A stretch of 64,000 nucleotides of DNA from a virus: IMG/VR virus record IMGVR_UViG_3300047496_000204, positions 10,764-74,763 of that record; one strand, written 5' to 3'. Shown here in pieces: positions 9,066 through 19,913 of this stretch. Position numbers and translations under genes: made by a program. How positions within the stretch are numbered: position 1 is the stretch's first letter; each line of letters starts with the position of its first letter. The notes below the pieces were generated by a model. It made no database searches, was not told the origin of the DNA, and saw only the letters and a list, made by a program, of their open reading frames with translations.

Positions 9066-10015
9066 GATATTCTTGTAATATCGGTAGCTTGCACGCCTGT
9101 CATAACTGTGCCACCAGCCACGACGATTGATGGAGCATAGCCATCCTCAATCATATTCATCCATTGGCGATAATTTCCATCTAAGGAACGATATTTACTG
9201 AGCCAATGGGCCAATGCACCTCTAAATTGAAAAACTGGCGAAATAGGAGAACCTTCAGAAACGTTTTCCCACATTTGATAGCCTTCACCTTCCGGAGGCT
9301 CAGATGGTGTCCAGTTTGCATGCAGGGTTTCAAGTTCTGGACTAGGCCAATTTGAACCTTCTCCATCACAATCAGGACAATGTGTTTCGATGCCAAGTCG
9401 CTTTGCTTCGGCCTTACAAACTACCCATTGGTTAATACCGTCATGACCGAATCCGGTAAGGCTCCAATCGTTGACTTGTTGGGGGGTAGGCATCACAAAG
9501 TTTTCCTTCGGCTTCCATCCTTCACCGGGAACAAAGTCGTGAGTAAAATCATAGAGGCGTCCACCTTCGACCAGAGCGGCGACGTCATCGGCGTTCAGAT
9601 GGTGCGCCCATTGACGATTCCACAAGTCAGCAAGACGTTGGCCTTCACATTTAATTGCTTCTTCTTTGGTTAAACGCCATCCTGACAATGCTGATTCAAA
9701 ACATTCCAGCCAATATTGGCGTTCAATGTTTCGGGAATCCAGATAGAAATTCGGGAAATTATTTACATTTCTAGACGCGAAAGCATATACACCAGGGCTA
9801 TCCCAAAGTAGTGGAACACTACCTCGATCTTCCGGCTTAAAATCCGTATAGCCATACCACAAATCAGTAAGACGTTGCATTTCTGGTCTGGTGCCTTTTC
9901 CGTCACAGGTTTGGCATTTTACGGAAAGACCTGCATAAGGATTTAGATATCCTTCCCAAACCTTATCCATTGGCCAGGAAAAATCCAGAGCGACCCGCTT
10001 AAGTTCATGACCCAT
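9062..10015 (-). CDS. Hypothetical protein with two CxxCxGxG zinc-finger motifs
   Basis: CQTCDGKG and CPDCDGEG. Confidence 0.75.
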   Translation of the reverse strand: MGHELKRVALDFSWPMDKVWEGYLNPYAGLSVKCQTCDGKGTRPEMQRLTDLWYGYTDFKPEDRGSVPLLWDSPGVYAFASRNVNNFPNFYLDSRNIERQYWLECFESALSGWRLTKEEAIKCEGQRLADLWNRQWAHHLNADDVAALVEGGRLYDFTHDFVPGEGWKPKENFVMPTPQQVNDWSLTGFGHDGINQWVVCKAEAKRLGIETHCPDCDGEGSNWPSPELETLHANWTPSEPPEGEGYQMWENVSEGSPISPVFQFRGALAHWLSKYRSLDGNYRQWMNMIEDGYAPSIVVAGGTVMTGVQATDITRIS

Positions 10016-10028
10016 AATATGGTTTCCT

Positions 10029-10415
10029 TTATGTTATAATTTTAACGAAAACAGTTATGGCTCTATGACCATAGAAATCTTTGGTACTGATTACTGAATC
10101 ACAATCATTATCGTTAAATGTGATATAAAAGCCATTGGCTTGGATATCATCTGGAATTTGTGCCAACACTTCTGCAATACTTGGCTTAAAAAACCCATGA
10201 TAACCGCAAGTATGATAAGTGATTCGTTCTGCCATCACTTCTATTGAAACTTCTCCGGTAAATTCCGGGTCCCAGATGAAGGACATATTGCGAGGATCGA
10301 CCGTTTTAATAGTATAAAATTTACCTCCTTCATGAATAATAGGAGTCCAATGCTTCAGCCTTTCCGCGAGAAGTTCATCAGAAATTTCTACTATATCATT
10401 TGTGATATTTTCCAT
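10029..10415 (-). CDS. Hypothetical protein
   Basis: ORF with GAGG SD. Confidence 0.6.
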   Translation of the reverse strand: MENITNDIVEISDELLAERLKHWTPIIHEGGKFYTIKTVDPRNMSFIWDPEFTGEVSIEVMAERITYHTCGYHGFFKPSIAEVLAQIPDDIQANGFYITFNDNDCDSVISTKDFYGHRAITVFVKIIT

Positions 10416-10540
10416 TTAGACCTCTAATAAAAATTTCATCAAAAACAAAATCGATTATCAGTAATACATTATTAAAATGTTTTGTCAAATGTTTTTGTGG
10501 CATGGATAAATAAGACATAACCATTTGTCTCGGAGCCACA

Positions 10541-12499
10541 GTGATATCGCTTGATCCAATTGCCACGGAAGTTTTTCAAATTTTACGGTCGTATGACTAC
10601 ACCGTAAAAATGTGGGATGAAGACGGTAATTACGTCTATGAACCAGAAAAAGCTAGACGCATGTGGGCTACACCAGAAAACATAATGGTATCTTTAGTCG
10701 ATAAAGGTGAAGATTCCTATATTAGATTATCTTTAGGTAAATCTACTGAAATAGGTTCGGTAATGGGTTTAGATCAAACTCTTCGTACTGCTTCATCTAA
10801 ATATAATTTGTTATATCAACTTCGCCGCAATCCTAAAGCAGACATAGAACCTTCTCATTTTGCCACAAAAGCTTCTATGACAGAAAATAAGAAAGAAAAA
10901 AATATGGATATTTTTGAAGCTATGCACGGAACTTCTAAATCTTCTTACTGGAAATTAGAAGAAGCTCGAATGATTGTGCGTCACTCCGCAAAAATTAATG
11001 AGACTGTCATTGGTAGTCGTGGAAGAAATATTAAAGCGATATATGTAGAAAATTCTCAAGGGGAACGTTTTATGTTTCCTACCCGCCAATTGTCTCCTGC
11101 TCGCGCAATGACGCAGCACGTAAATCATGGTGGAAAGTTCACTGATAAAATTGGTGAATCAATTATTCACATGGCAGAAAACTATGCAAATCTTGGTAAG
11201 GCTTCTGGTTTTATTAATAGAAATTCTTCAAATCTTTCTGAATCTGCCATGGAAATTAGAGAAAAATGCCGTAATCAGATTTCTGAAATGAGAAAGTGTT
11301 TTGAACGTTTGGCTCGTCCAGGTGGATACATTGGTGAATCAAAAAAATTAGAAGATGAAACTGAAACACTCAATGAAGATTCAGAAGGTAATCTTGAACA
11401 ATTGAAGGAACTACTAATTGTTGAAGGATCGGAATTAGATGAAGATGTAATTAGAAGTATTGCGGAAGCTATGGTAAAAAGCAAAACTTTGAATGAACTA
11501 GATACTTCTGCATTAGATCGAAGAACCAACCCAATAAAAGATACAAAATGCCCTGAGTGTTCCGGAAAAGGCGATTTTAATGGTCGGGAATGTCCTGCCT
11601 GTGCTGGTTCTGGCATTGAAAGTATAAAAGTTTGTGGGCGATATGTTTCTATGGATGCATGGAATGACTTTAAAGCTGGTAAATTAGTTCTTAAAGGTAA
11701 AGTTGTTCTTAATAATATTATGCGTTTTGCTAATAAAGATGATGAGTTATCTTTTAAACTTGGTGAAATTGCCGAGCGAGTAAATAATGATAGTATGTGT
11801 AATTTCTTAGGTTATGTTTCGGATGCATTACACAATCGCAATACTCCCGAGCGTCTTAAAAGTTTACGGCATGTAGCGGCCCATGCTTTAAAAATTGCGG
11901 GTCTTTCCATAGACGAAGGAATTTGTTCCAAAAATCCAGCAGTAAAAGAATTTGCTTATTGGCTGTCTGGTTTTTCAGTTGATAAAATACTCATTGAACG
12001 AGATGACGATGAATATTCTTATGATGAGCATTCTCCGCGTAAATCAGAAGAAAATATTAATCGTGCTATAGATGAAGCAATAGGTAGTGTTGATATAATA
12101 GAATTTTTAGATAGATATAAATCAGATTTTGGATGGGATGACGAAACTTTAACGGGCTCAGATTTAGCTTATGAAAAGAAGTATATTATGCATCTTTTAT
12201 CTCATTATCTCTCTAAGAAAGTTGAAGAAGAATCCGGTTTTGAAGATGTCGATATGGATTTATATGCAGAAGAGTTTTGGCCTAAAGTTAAAGATCATTT
12301 ATCAGGTAGAGGATATTCTATTACCGAAGGTGATTTTAGTAGAGAAGATGTATTAATTCCTACTAATCAAGGTGATGATTTAAAACGAGAAGTAGAACCA
12401 TCTACTATGATCGATGTCATTACAGGACGAGAAGTTCCTGTTGATTCTGGAAGCGTTAATAGGGCTCGTGGTCAGGTAGCAGCACCTTGGTATAGATAA
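10541..12499 (+). CDS. Large late hypothetical protein, probably structural
   Basis: GATAAATA at 10505-10512, GTG start, 652 aa, internal CPECSGKG/CPACAGSG; lies upstream of the ssb-recA-uvsY block. Confidence 0.75.
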   Translation: MISLDPIATEVFQILRSYDYTVKMWDEDGNYVYEPEKARRMWATPENIMVSLVDKGEDSYIRLSLGKSTEIGSVMGLDQTLRTASSKYNLLYQLRRNPKADIEPSHFATKASMTENKKEKNMDIFEAMHGTSKSSYWKLEEARMIVRHSAKINETVIGSRGRNIKAIYVENSQGERFMFPTRQLSPARAMTQHVNHGGKFTDKIGESIIHMAENYANLGKASGFINRNSSNLSESAMEIREKCRNQISEMRKCFERLARPGGYIGESKKLEDETETLNEDSEGNLEQLKELLIVEGSELDEDVIRSIAEAMVKSKTLNELDTSALDRRTNPIKDTKCPECSGKGDFNGRECPACAGSGIESIKVCGRYVSMDAWNDFKAGKLVLKGKVVLNNIMRFANKDDELSFKLGEIAERVNNDSMCNFLGYVSDALHNRNTPERLKSLRHVAAHALKIAGLSIDEGICSKNPAVKEFAYWLSGFSVDKILIERDDDEYSYDEHSPRKSEENINRAIDEAIGSVDIIEFLDRYKSDFGWDDETLTGSDLAYEKKYIMHLLSHYLSKKVEEESGFEDVDMDLYAEEFWPKVKDHLSGRGYSITEGDFSREDVLIPTNQGDDLKREVEPSTMIDVITGREVPVDSGSVNRARGQVAAPWYR

Positions 12500-12505
12500 T
12501 TCCTA

Positions 12506-13039
12506 ATGAAAATCAAGGAATTATCTGAGGAGTATAGTCCAAATCCGGCATTTGAGTTAGAAACGTGTTGGATAAAGCCTGACGGAAAAATTTTGCCCGT
12601 CAGATTAATGGGTCATTCTGAAGCATTTAGGGTATGGTTAGAAAAATATCATCCAGAACAATACTTAGATTTACTTTCTACATTAAGAAAAAAATGTGGA
12701 AATATAGATTTTAAAAGTAAAATAGGATTGAAGACTTTATTGGGTATGGAAACGCCTATCGCAGACTATGCCAGAAGTAAAGGATTTATTCGTTATATGA
12801 TTGACAAAACATTTAGTAAGTATAATCCGGCTAATTCTGCTGGATATGATTATATATCTACTTTTCATTATTCGTTTTTGACATCGATTACTTCAAAATC
12901 TTGTTTACGATTACTTTATAATACTAAAAAATATCTACCAATGGGAGTGGAAGTTGGAGCAGACTTAGATGTGGATTCGTATGCCTTAATTTCCTATGGA
13001 GAGGCGATTAATTTTTTCAAAAAAGCTAAAAATATATAG
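12506..13039 (+). CDS. Hypothetical protein, possibly virion-internal
   Basis: N-terminus MKIKELSEE. Confidence 0.65.
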   Translation: MKIKELSEEYSPNPAFELETCWIKPDGKILPVRLMGHSEAFRVWLEKYHPEQYLDLLSTLRKKCGNIDFKSKIGLKTLLGMETPIADYARSKGFIRYMIDKTFSKYNPANSAGYDYISTFHYSFLTSITSKSCLRLLYNTKKYLPMGVEVGADLDVDSYALISYGEAINFFKKAKNI

Positions 13040-13189
13040 CTTTCGGAAGTTCAAATATGAGATATTACATAAATCGGAAGCGACCATAAAGTAACCGATA
13101 AAGATAAATACAATATCCGGAAGAGTAATCTGAAGGAAACTACAAATTTAACATTACAAAGAATACTTACAAAGTATAGAAAGACAAAT

Positions 13190-14161
13190 ATGGCTACAAA
13201 GCAAGAAATAATGGCTGCACTTTTAGCGCAAAAAGAAGCCAAGACAAATAAAACTACAGGCGGCGACAACGCTTCCTTCCCATTCTGGGACATAGGATTT
13301 GGAGAAACGGCCATTGTTCGTTTCTTACCAGATGGTAATAAACAGAACACTTTTTTCTGGGAAAAGAAAGAATCTATCAAACTTCCTTTTGACGGCGTAG
13401 AAGGTGGCGACTATCCAACTGATAAACAAGTTACTGTTACGGTTCCATGCATGGACATGTGGGATGGCAAGGGCTCTTGCCCAATCATTGCTGCCACAAA
13501 ACATATGTGGAAAACTCCAGAAGAGCCTATTGCTCGACTTTATTGGAAGAAGGCAAGCTACATTTTCCAAGGATTTATCGTTAAATCTACCTTGGAAGAA
13601 AAAGTAGTTCCAGAAAATCCAATTCGTAGATTGGTTATTAATCCATCTTTGTTTGAGATTATCGAACGATCTTTGATGGACCCTGAAATGGAAGATATGC
13701 CAACTGATTATGTTGGTGGTGTTGACTTCCGTATCAATAAAACCAAGAAGGGTGATTTTGCAAACTACTCTACTTCAGACTGGGCTCGTAAAACTCGTTC
13801 CTTAGGTCAAGAAGAATTGGATGCGATTGAACAATATGGCTTATTCAATTTGAATGAGTTTATTGGTAAGAAACCAGATGCCGATGAACTTGCAGCAATC
13901 GTTGCAATGTTTAAGGATTCTCTTGCTGGAAATCCGTTCGACTATGTATCGTATGGCCGTTATTATAAGCCTTATGGTGATAGAAATGCTTCTTCTGAAA
14001 ACAGTGTTCCAACTCGCGCTGTAACAGAAAACCGCGCCGCTCCTCAAATCGATGAGGAAGAAGAAACGGTGGCGGTGGTAGAAACCAAGACTTCTGGTGC
14101 TACTGCAAATGCTCAAGAAATTATTGAGCGTATTAAGAACCGGACTCAAAGCCGAGTTTAA
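13190..14161 (+). CDS. ssb: Single-stranded DNA-binding protein (T4 gp32-like)
   Basis: VRFLPD, VPC-MW-CPI, YWKK, PTDY-G-DF and acidic tail; adjacent to recA and uvsY. Confidence 0.88.
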   Translation: MATKQEIMAALLAQKEAKTNKTTGGDNASFPFWDIGFGETAIVRFLPDGNKQNTFFWEKKESIKLPFDGVEGGDYPTDKQVTVTVPCMDMWDGKGSCPIIAATKHMWKTPEEPIARLYWKKASYIFQGFIVKSTLEEKVVPENPIRRLVINPSLFEIIERSLMDPEMEDMPTDYVGGVDFRINKTKKGDFANYSTSDWARKTRSLGQEELDAIEQYGLFNLNEFIGKKPDADELAAIVAMFKDSLAGNPFDYVSYGRYYKPYGDRNASSENSVPTRAVTENRAAPQIDEEEETVAVVETKTSGATANAQEIIERIKNRTQSRV

Positions 14162-14223
14162 GTTTAATTTTGGGGTTGGTGTAGCAGCCAACCCCAAGTT
14201 TTTCAAAAATAATCTTGTAAATA

Positions 14224-15354
14224 ATGGCTTTTGAGCCGAAAGGACATATGGTTACACCATTTGATTTAAGTAAACTTCGTAAAGGTATTGATAAGTCTAT
14301 AAAAGGACTTTCTGTAGGATTTCATGATCCTAAAACTTGGCTGTCTACAGGCTGCTATGCGTTAAATTATCTAATTTCAGATAATTTTAGAGGCGGATTT
14401 CCTTTAGAGGGAAAATTCTGCATGGTAGCTGGCGATTCAGGATCAGGTAAAAGCTACATTACTTCCGCAAATGTAATTAAAGATGCTCAGAGCAAAGGAG
14501 TTTATTGTGTTCTTATTGATACAGAAAACGCTTTGGATGAATCTTGGTTAAATGATTTGGATGTCAATACCGACATTTCGGTAATGGAAAAAATTACCGC
14601 AGCTAAAGTTGATGATGTGGCAAAACTTATCGCCATGATTGTTGATATGTATAAAGCTCAAAATGATCCTCTTTCATATAAAGATCGTCCAAAACTACTT
14701 ATTATTATTGATAGTTTGGGTATGACTATTACGGAAAATATGGAAATTCAATTTGATGCTGGAGATCAAAAAGGTGATCTCGGTATTAAAGCAAAACAAA
14801 TTACAGCATTGTTGCGTGTTACTATGGCAAAAATCGCGGCCCAACCCATTGGATTGTTAGCAACAAATCACGTCTATACTTCTCAAAGCAAATATGATCC
14901 TGATAAGATTGCTGGCGGAAACATGGTCGAGTTTGCTAGTAGTGTTATTGTGCAAATGAATAAATTTTTACTAAAAGAAGATGAAAATGGTAAAGATTTT
15001 GATAAAGGTTCTCCTGCTGCTGGTATTAAATCAACCGCCGTTGTGCGTAAGTCTCGTTATGCTAAACCGTTTGAAAAAGTATATATTCAAATACCTTATA
15101 CTACTGGTATGAATCCATATTCTGGTTTATTTGATCTTTTTATAGGAAAGGGATTATTAATAAAATCTGGAAATAGTTATGAATATACTTCTCGTAAAAC
15201 CGGAGAAGTATTTAAAGAGATGCGTAAAAATCTAAAAGCTAAAGGTGTATATGATACTATAATGGAAGAACAACCATTATGGGATGTAGAGCCTCCGCGC
15301 GAAGGTTTTGATAACAGTGATAGTGCCGATTTTGTTGATAATGAAGAAGAATGA
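14224..15354 (+). CDS. uvsX: RecA/UvsX recombinase
   Basis: GDSGSGKS (Walker A), IDTENALD, IIIDSLG, NHVY and VRKSRY. Confidence 0.95.
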   Translation: MAFEPKGHMVTPFDLSKLRKGIDKSIKGLSVGFHDPKTWLSTGCYALNYLISDNFRGGFPLEGKFCMVAGDSGSGKSYITSANVIKDAQSKGVYCVLIDTENALDESWLNDLDVNTDISVMEKITAAKVDDVAKLIAMIVDMYKAQNDPLSYKDRPKLLIIIDSLGMTITENMEIQFDAGDQKGDLGIKAKQITALLRVTMAKIAAQPIGLLATNHVYTSQSKYDPDKIAGGNMVEFASSVIVQMNKFLLKEDENGKDFDKGSPAAGIKSTAVVRKSRYAKPFEKVYIQIPYTTGMNPYSGLFDLFIGKGLLIKSGNSYEYTSRKTGEVFKEMRKNLKAKGVYDTIMEEQPLWDVEPPREGFDNSDSADFVDNEEE

Positions 15355-15380
15355 TAAGTATAAGTTTTTGGAGTTAGTTT

Positions 15381-15608
15381 ATGAAAAGTGAGAGTCAATT
15401 AGTTGCTTCCCTTTGGGATTTGGTTCGTGATCAGATAGCAAGTGGTCGCCGCCTTGAAACGGCCATTTCATTTTTAAAATTATTTGAAGACTACGGTTTT
15501 GATTCATCAGAAATGCACGATATCGTGGATGAAGATGTATACTTGAAACGTGCGTTTGATGATTTATTTGGAGATGATGAGGACGAAGAAGAAAATGAGG
15601 ACTATTAA
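15381..15608 (+). CDS. Small acidic hypothetical protein between uvsX and uvsY
   Basis: GGAG SD, coupled to the next gene. Confidence 0.7.
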   Translation: MKSESQLVASLWDLVRDQIASGRRLETAISFLKLFEDYGFDSSEMHDIVDEDVYLKRAFDDLFGDDEDEEENEDY

Positions 15609-16081
15609 TGTCAAAATGGTACAGAGCTATAAGTTCGGCTAAAGATTTTTATGTTCCGTTAGGAGATGCCATTGTATATTTTCAAGATGAATATTTAAAA
15701 GCTAAGGCCGAACTTAAACCAAAAAGAGGAATTTTAATGACCGAATTGTCTTTAAATATTCCTGGTATGGTAGAATATCGTTATGGACAATTACAAGAAT
15801 TAGAAGCAATATTACTTTTTCTCAATATTCAATATGATATTAAAAAAGGAAATGCTAAACGAAATTTTCTTGAAAATTATAATCGAACCCTAACGGATCG
15901 ACAAGTAGATACCATGGCTAATATCGACCCAGATGTTATCATTATTCGTGAGTTTATAAACGAAACGGCTTTGGTTAGAAATCAATTTCTTGGAGTTTCC
16001 AAGGGTCTAGAATATCTCCATTTTCAAATGGGAAATCTAACAAAATTAAAGATTGCTGGGTTTGACGACGCTACTTTATAA
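15608..16081 (+). CDS. uvsY: Recombination mediator UvsY-like
   Basis: Size, helical character, FLENYNRTLTDR motif and synteny with uvsX. Confidence 0.75.
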   Translation: MSKWYRAISSAKDFYVPLGDAIVYFQDEYLKAKAELKPKRGILMTELSLNIPGMVEYRYGQLQELEAILLFLNIQYDIKKGNAKRNFLENYNRTLTDRQVDTMANIDPDVIIIREFINETALVRNQFLGVSKGLEYLHFQMGNLTKLKIAGFDDATL

Positions 16082-16105
16082 ATTTGGTTGACATAACTCT
16101 CCTTC

Positions 16106-16372
16106 ATGGTATCTTACAAATATAGCCATGAAGGAGAGTTACCTTATGAGCACTTCAACTATTCCCCTAATATTAGGGGAATGGGTGTTGGAATTGCTCA
16201 TCATTTGTATTCGACTGATCCCAAGGAATGGGAAACATTTAAAGCTGATGCCATCGCAATTATCCGGCTGCTTCATGGTAGCGGCGAAAAGGATTTGTGC
16301 TGGACTGGCATTAAAGATTCAAAACAATATTTCGACGCTCTACATGAATTGGCTGATAATCTTCGCAAATAA
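16106..16372 (+). CDS. Hypothetical protein
   Basis: ORF only. Confidence 0.45.
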   Translation: MVSYKYSHEGELPYEHFNYSPNIRGMGVGIAHHLYSTDPKEWETFKADAIAIIRLLHGSGEKDLCWTGIKDSKQYFDALHELADNLRK

Positions 16373-16438
16373 TCGGTTGACAGTCCATAGAAGTATGGTA
16401 TGTTAATAAAATAATCATTCGCGATAAGGAGAACATTC

Positions 16439-16822
16439 ATGGGAACGTATGTTTACACGGTTTCAACCAGGACTGTTCCCGGTATCGAAATCGATGGTCA
16501 TCCGGTTTATTTTTCCAACTTCGCGGGTAAGCCTCACTGGCGCGAAGAAGAAAATGGCAGCATTAATCAGAAGACTTCCTTCGCGGCGAGCGTTCACGCC
16601 CGTAATGGCACAAAGCCGAAGTTTTTCACTACGACTGAATTCAAAAATAAAGACAAATTTATGGAAATGGTAGTGTATGATGCACTATATGACCACGGTC
16701 TGACCAGTTATGACGATGGAAGGATCGGAACCGATCCTAAGACGGTTGGTTATATTGTTCGAGAAGGCAAGAAGTTTCGTTTCTTTGAGGAAGAAGATTA
16801 CATTCCGACGTGGGCTCGATGA
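16439..16822 (+). CDS. Hypothetical early protein
   Basis: TTGACA promoter at about 16377, AAGGAG SD. Confidence 0.75.
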   Translation: MGTYVYTVSTRTVPGIEIDGHPVYFSNFAGKPHWREEENGSINQKTSFAASVHARNGTKPKFFTTTEFKNKDKFMEMVVYDALYDHGLTSYDDGRIGTDPKTVGYIVREGKKFRFFEEEDYIPTWAR

Positions 16823-16865
16823 CCCTACCCGTAACATAAGGAAGACGAACGTGAAAACCGAAAAC

Positions 16866-17240
16866 ATGATTCTGCTCGCAGATTATTTGGATGCTCTCCC
16901 GGAAGGATATGAGCATTTCGACATGCTATGGTATCGTTCCGATCAAACGATCCTACTTGCTAACGAGGAACCTTTTGCCTGCGATACCGTCGCGTGTGCG
17001 TTGGGCCACGCCCCATTCGCTATTCCGGGTTCTGTTTCCTCTCCGAGAGAGGAATGGGATGTTTATGCTGATCGAGTGTTTGGCCTAAACAATGTGCAAT
17101 TTGCATATTGTTTCTGCGCCGACTGGGTTGACGACGACAACACGGTAAAAAGTGCCGCATTACGTATTCGAACGTTGGCTCTGGAAAATCTATCCGATGA
17201 TGAAATTCGTGCCAAAATGCCTTGGGATGGATTGGTGTAA
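16866..17240 (+). CDS. Hypothetical protein
   Basis: ORF; start uncertain. Confidence 0.6.
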   Translation: MILLADYLDALPEGYEHFDMLWYRSDQTILLANEEPFACDTVACALGHAPFAIPGSVSSPREEWDVYADRVFGLNNVQFAYCFCADWVDDDNTVKSAALRIRTLALENLSDDEIRAKMPWDGLV

Positions 17241-17248
17241 CAGTTTTG

Positions 17249-17524
17249 ATGACTTACGAGCAAAAAGAAATTGATTTTCTGGATGAAGTTTTAAATTCTC
17301 CGGAAATTATTGTGGAAGATGGCATTCCACCAGAAGCCATTGCTTTGTTGGAAGACCTTTATACAAAGCCGGTCTATGGTCTGACAGGCACAATGATCAT
17401 GCAACGGTATGGTTATTTGTGGCGTAAAGGCTTTGTTCAGCGTCCGCCGCTTGGTAGCGAAGAAACCGCCAGCTTGGTCCTTACATCCAAGGGCTATGAC
17501 GCAATGTTTGATAATAGGAGTTGA
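17249..17524 (+). CDS. Hypothetical protein
   Basis: ORF only. Confidence 0.55.
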   Translation: MTYEQKEIDFLDEVLNSPEIIVEDGIPPEAIALLEDLYTKPVYGLTGTMIMQRYGYLWRKGFVQRPPLGSEETASLVLTSKGYDAMFDNRS

Positions 17525-17528
17525 GAAC

Positions 17529-17741
17529 ATGAATCGTCTAGACAGAATGATTCGCGACAGTGCTGTTCGATATGCGATGAATATTCTTCGCACGGCCAAG
17601 GATTGGCAAGAAGCTCAAACGGCTCTTGGAGATCACGATATTTTTGGTGCTTGGCTTGACGAAATGGATGCCCCTATTTCAGAAGCACAGTCTATTATTC
17701 GAGAAGCCGAAGAACGTCTTGGAAATGATATTCCTTACTAA
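17529..17741 (+). CDS. Hypothetical protein
   Basis: AGGAG SD. Confidence 0.6.
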   Translation: MNRLDRMIRDSAVRYAMNILRTAKDWQEAQTALGDHDIFGAWLDEMDAPISEAQSIIREAEERLGNDIPY

Positions 17742-17809
17742 AAATATTGATTGACTTATATTTAATCCGTGATACATTCTGATAATAATATCAGAAAGGA
17801 ATTCATATA

Positions 17810-18328
17810 ATGTTTACAATGTTTACTGATCATCCGGAACGTGGCGAAGAAACTTACGAAATTGAAAGTTTTCATAAGGCGATGGAAACCTTTAACCATA
17901 TGGTAATTATGGCTTACCAGCATGCTGAATACAATCGGGCTGAAATTCGTTCCAAGAATCGAGATGGTTCTTTCCGGGTGTTGGTCGCATTCGATCACAA
18001 CGGTCTTCCTCTACACGAGACTATTAGTGGCGAAGAAATAGAGCAAGCTTGTAAGTTGCCCGACGAATTGCCTGACTTTATTCTTAAAGAATGCAAAGGT
18101 AAAATCAGTGAACAAACGTATCGCCTTATGCGTGAAGAGCATTTTCGCGGCGCCGAACACCAAGTTCGTGAATTCTATGATGGAAGCTGGCTTCGCTATA
18201 TTTCAGCGTGGTTGTATACAAGTTCACAATTTGATCCGCCCTATGGGTCTAAGCATCATGTCGAAGGATTTTTAGCGGATGTAGCCGCTCGTCTTGCCGA
18301 AAAGGAATTAAATCATGGACAAGACTGA
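17810..18328 (+). CDS. Hypothetical early protein
   Basis: TTGACT promoter-like sequence, AAGGA SD. Confidence 0.7.
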   Translation: MFTMFTDHPERGEETYEIESFHKAMETFNHMVIMAYQHAEYNRAEIRSKNRDGSFRVLVAFDHNGLPLHETISGEEIEQACKLPDELPDFILKECKGKISEQTYRLMREEHFRGAEHQVREFYDGSWLRYISAWLYTSSQFDPPYGSKHHVEGFLADVAARLAEKELNHGQD

Positions 18329-18643
18329 TCGACAAAAAGAATACGAAGCGGCGGTCAAGATCGGGGAGAAGACACTATGAGCGTACTCAGCGCTAACCAG
18401 CCCTCGCGACCGTCAGGGGAGCCGAAGTGGGTTACGAAGCTGCGGCACGTAGTCAAGCCGGGGACACGCCGGACGGCGCAGGAGAAGGCGCGAGCGCGGC
18501 TGAAGCTGGCGGAATGGGAGCGAAACCAGAATGTCCAGGCCCTATCGAGCAAGGAATTTTGGCGGATTTAGCCGCTCTTCTTGCTAAAAAGGAATTAAAT
18601 CATGGACAAGACTGATCGACAAAAAGCATACGAATCGGCGGTC
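18264..18643 (+). repeat. Imperfect 93-bp direct repeats (18264-18356 and 18551-18643) flanking a GC-rich segment
   Basis: Shared AAGGAATTAAATCATGGACAAGACTGATCGACAAAAAG core, offset 287 bp. Confidence 0.9.
18377..18571 (+). CDS. GC-rich 64-aa basic ORF inside the duplication
   Basis: GGAG SD; composition differs from flanks. Confidence 0.45.
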   Translation: MSVLSANQPSRPSGEPKWVTKLRHVVKPGTRRTAQEKARARLKLAEWERNQNVQALSSKEFWRI

Positions 18644-18850
18644 GCTTGGGTTCGGAGCATTCTGGACCTTCGCGAAAAAGAATATAATAATGGTGAGACG
18701 GTAACCCATCAAGACAAACTAATTTAGGCGTTGAACGCCGTTAAGGCGGCTATGTTGCGTGAATCGTAATAAAATGGCTTGACGAAATAATTTTAAAGTG
18801 TTTTCCTATTGATATTGAGGGTGTGGCTCTCATTTCATAACGAGGAAAAA

Positions 18851-19738
18851 ATGACTAAGGTTCGACTGAGAAAAATTGAGCAGGACGTCGAAGCTCCTGT
18901 TTCTTTTATGACACCAAGTAATGTTCGTATGCGTTTGGTAGAAGTTTCTCCAACTGTAGCAAAAACCATTCTTTTAAAGAATGGAAGAAATCGCGCTCTT
19001 CGCCAAGCAAGAATTGATCGCTACGCATCTGACATGCTTGCCGGTGGTTGGCGCGTTAACGGTGAAACTATCAGCATTTCGGATAAAGGCAACTTGCTGA
19101 ACGGTCAACATCGTCTTAACGCCGTCGTAAAGGCCAACGTGATCGTTCCTATGTGGATTGCCGAAGGTGTTGATGAATCGGCATTCAGCACAATCGATGA
19201 TGGATTTTCGAGAACGGCTGGCGACGTTTTGGGGATGGCAAAGATAACGAATGCCAATTCTGTAGCTGCGGTTATGCGTATTACCATGAACTATCGTGAT
19301 GGGATCGGCATCAGCAAACCTCGTCCAAATCGGGCTATCGAAGAAGCGATTACCAAACACAATCCTGAAAAGTTCGTCGCTAAGCATCATGCTTTCTTGC
19401 AGTTGGGTCGTTCAGTGGCAATGTCTGCTCTCTTTATTGCTTACGAATTCGGCTCTCCCGAGATTTCCGAAAAAGTTGACGATTTCGCCAAAGGCTTGAT
19501 TACTGGTGAAAATCTTGGGCACGGTGACGCCAGAGCGATTTTCCGCAATAAGCTCGTGCGTATGAACATGGATAAGAAGAAACGTCCAGAACAAGTTGTG
19601 ATTTGGAATTACACTGTGAGAGCGTTGACACATTTTGTGAATAACAAAGAAATTTCCGTGCTTACCGCTGGCAAAGGTGAGCCTACTTTCGTGGAAATTC
19701 CTTTTGTTACGCATGCGGATGTTCGCGCCAAGTGGTAA
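18851..19738 (+). CDS. ParB/Srx-like (DGQHR-type) domain protein
   Basis: NRALR...YASDM...W...GE...LLNGQHRLNAVV. Confidence 0.75.
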   Translation: MTKVRLRKIEQDVEAPVSFMTPSNVRMRLVEVSPTVAKTILLKNGRNRALRQARIDRYASDMLAGGWRVNGETISISDKGNLLNGQHRLNAVVKANVIVPMWIAEGVDESAFSTIDDGFSRTAGDVLGMAKITNANSVAAVMRITMNYRDGIGISKPRPNRAIEEAITKHNPEKFVAKHHAFLQLGRSVAMSALFIAYEFGSPEISEKVDDFAKGLITGENLGHGDARAIFRNKLVRMNMDKKKRPEQVVIWNYTVRALTHFVNNKEISVLTAGKGEPTFVEIPFVTHADVRAKW

Positions 19739-19913
19739 TTTACTGCTTGCAATAATCAGGCTTCATGGTAATATAATCTTCTAATCATGAGGTTATATTA
19801 CCATGAAAAACGAAGCTCTTCCCTTTTCTTTTTCTAAATATGAAGAGTTTTATGCTTGAACGAAATCATCCTGGATATCACAACGATATTGAGGCTCGCA
19901 AGGATTCCGGCTG

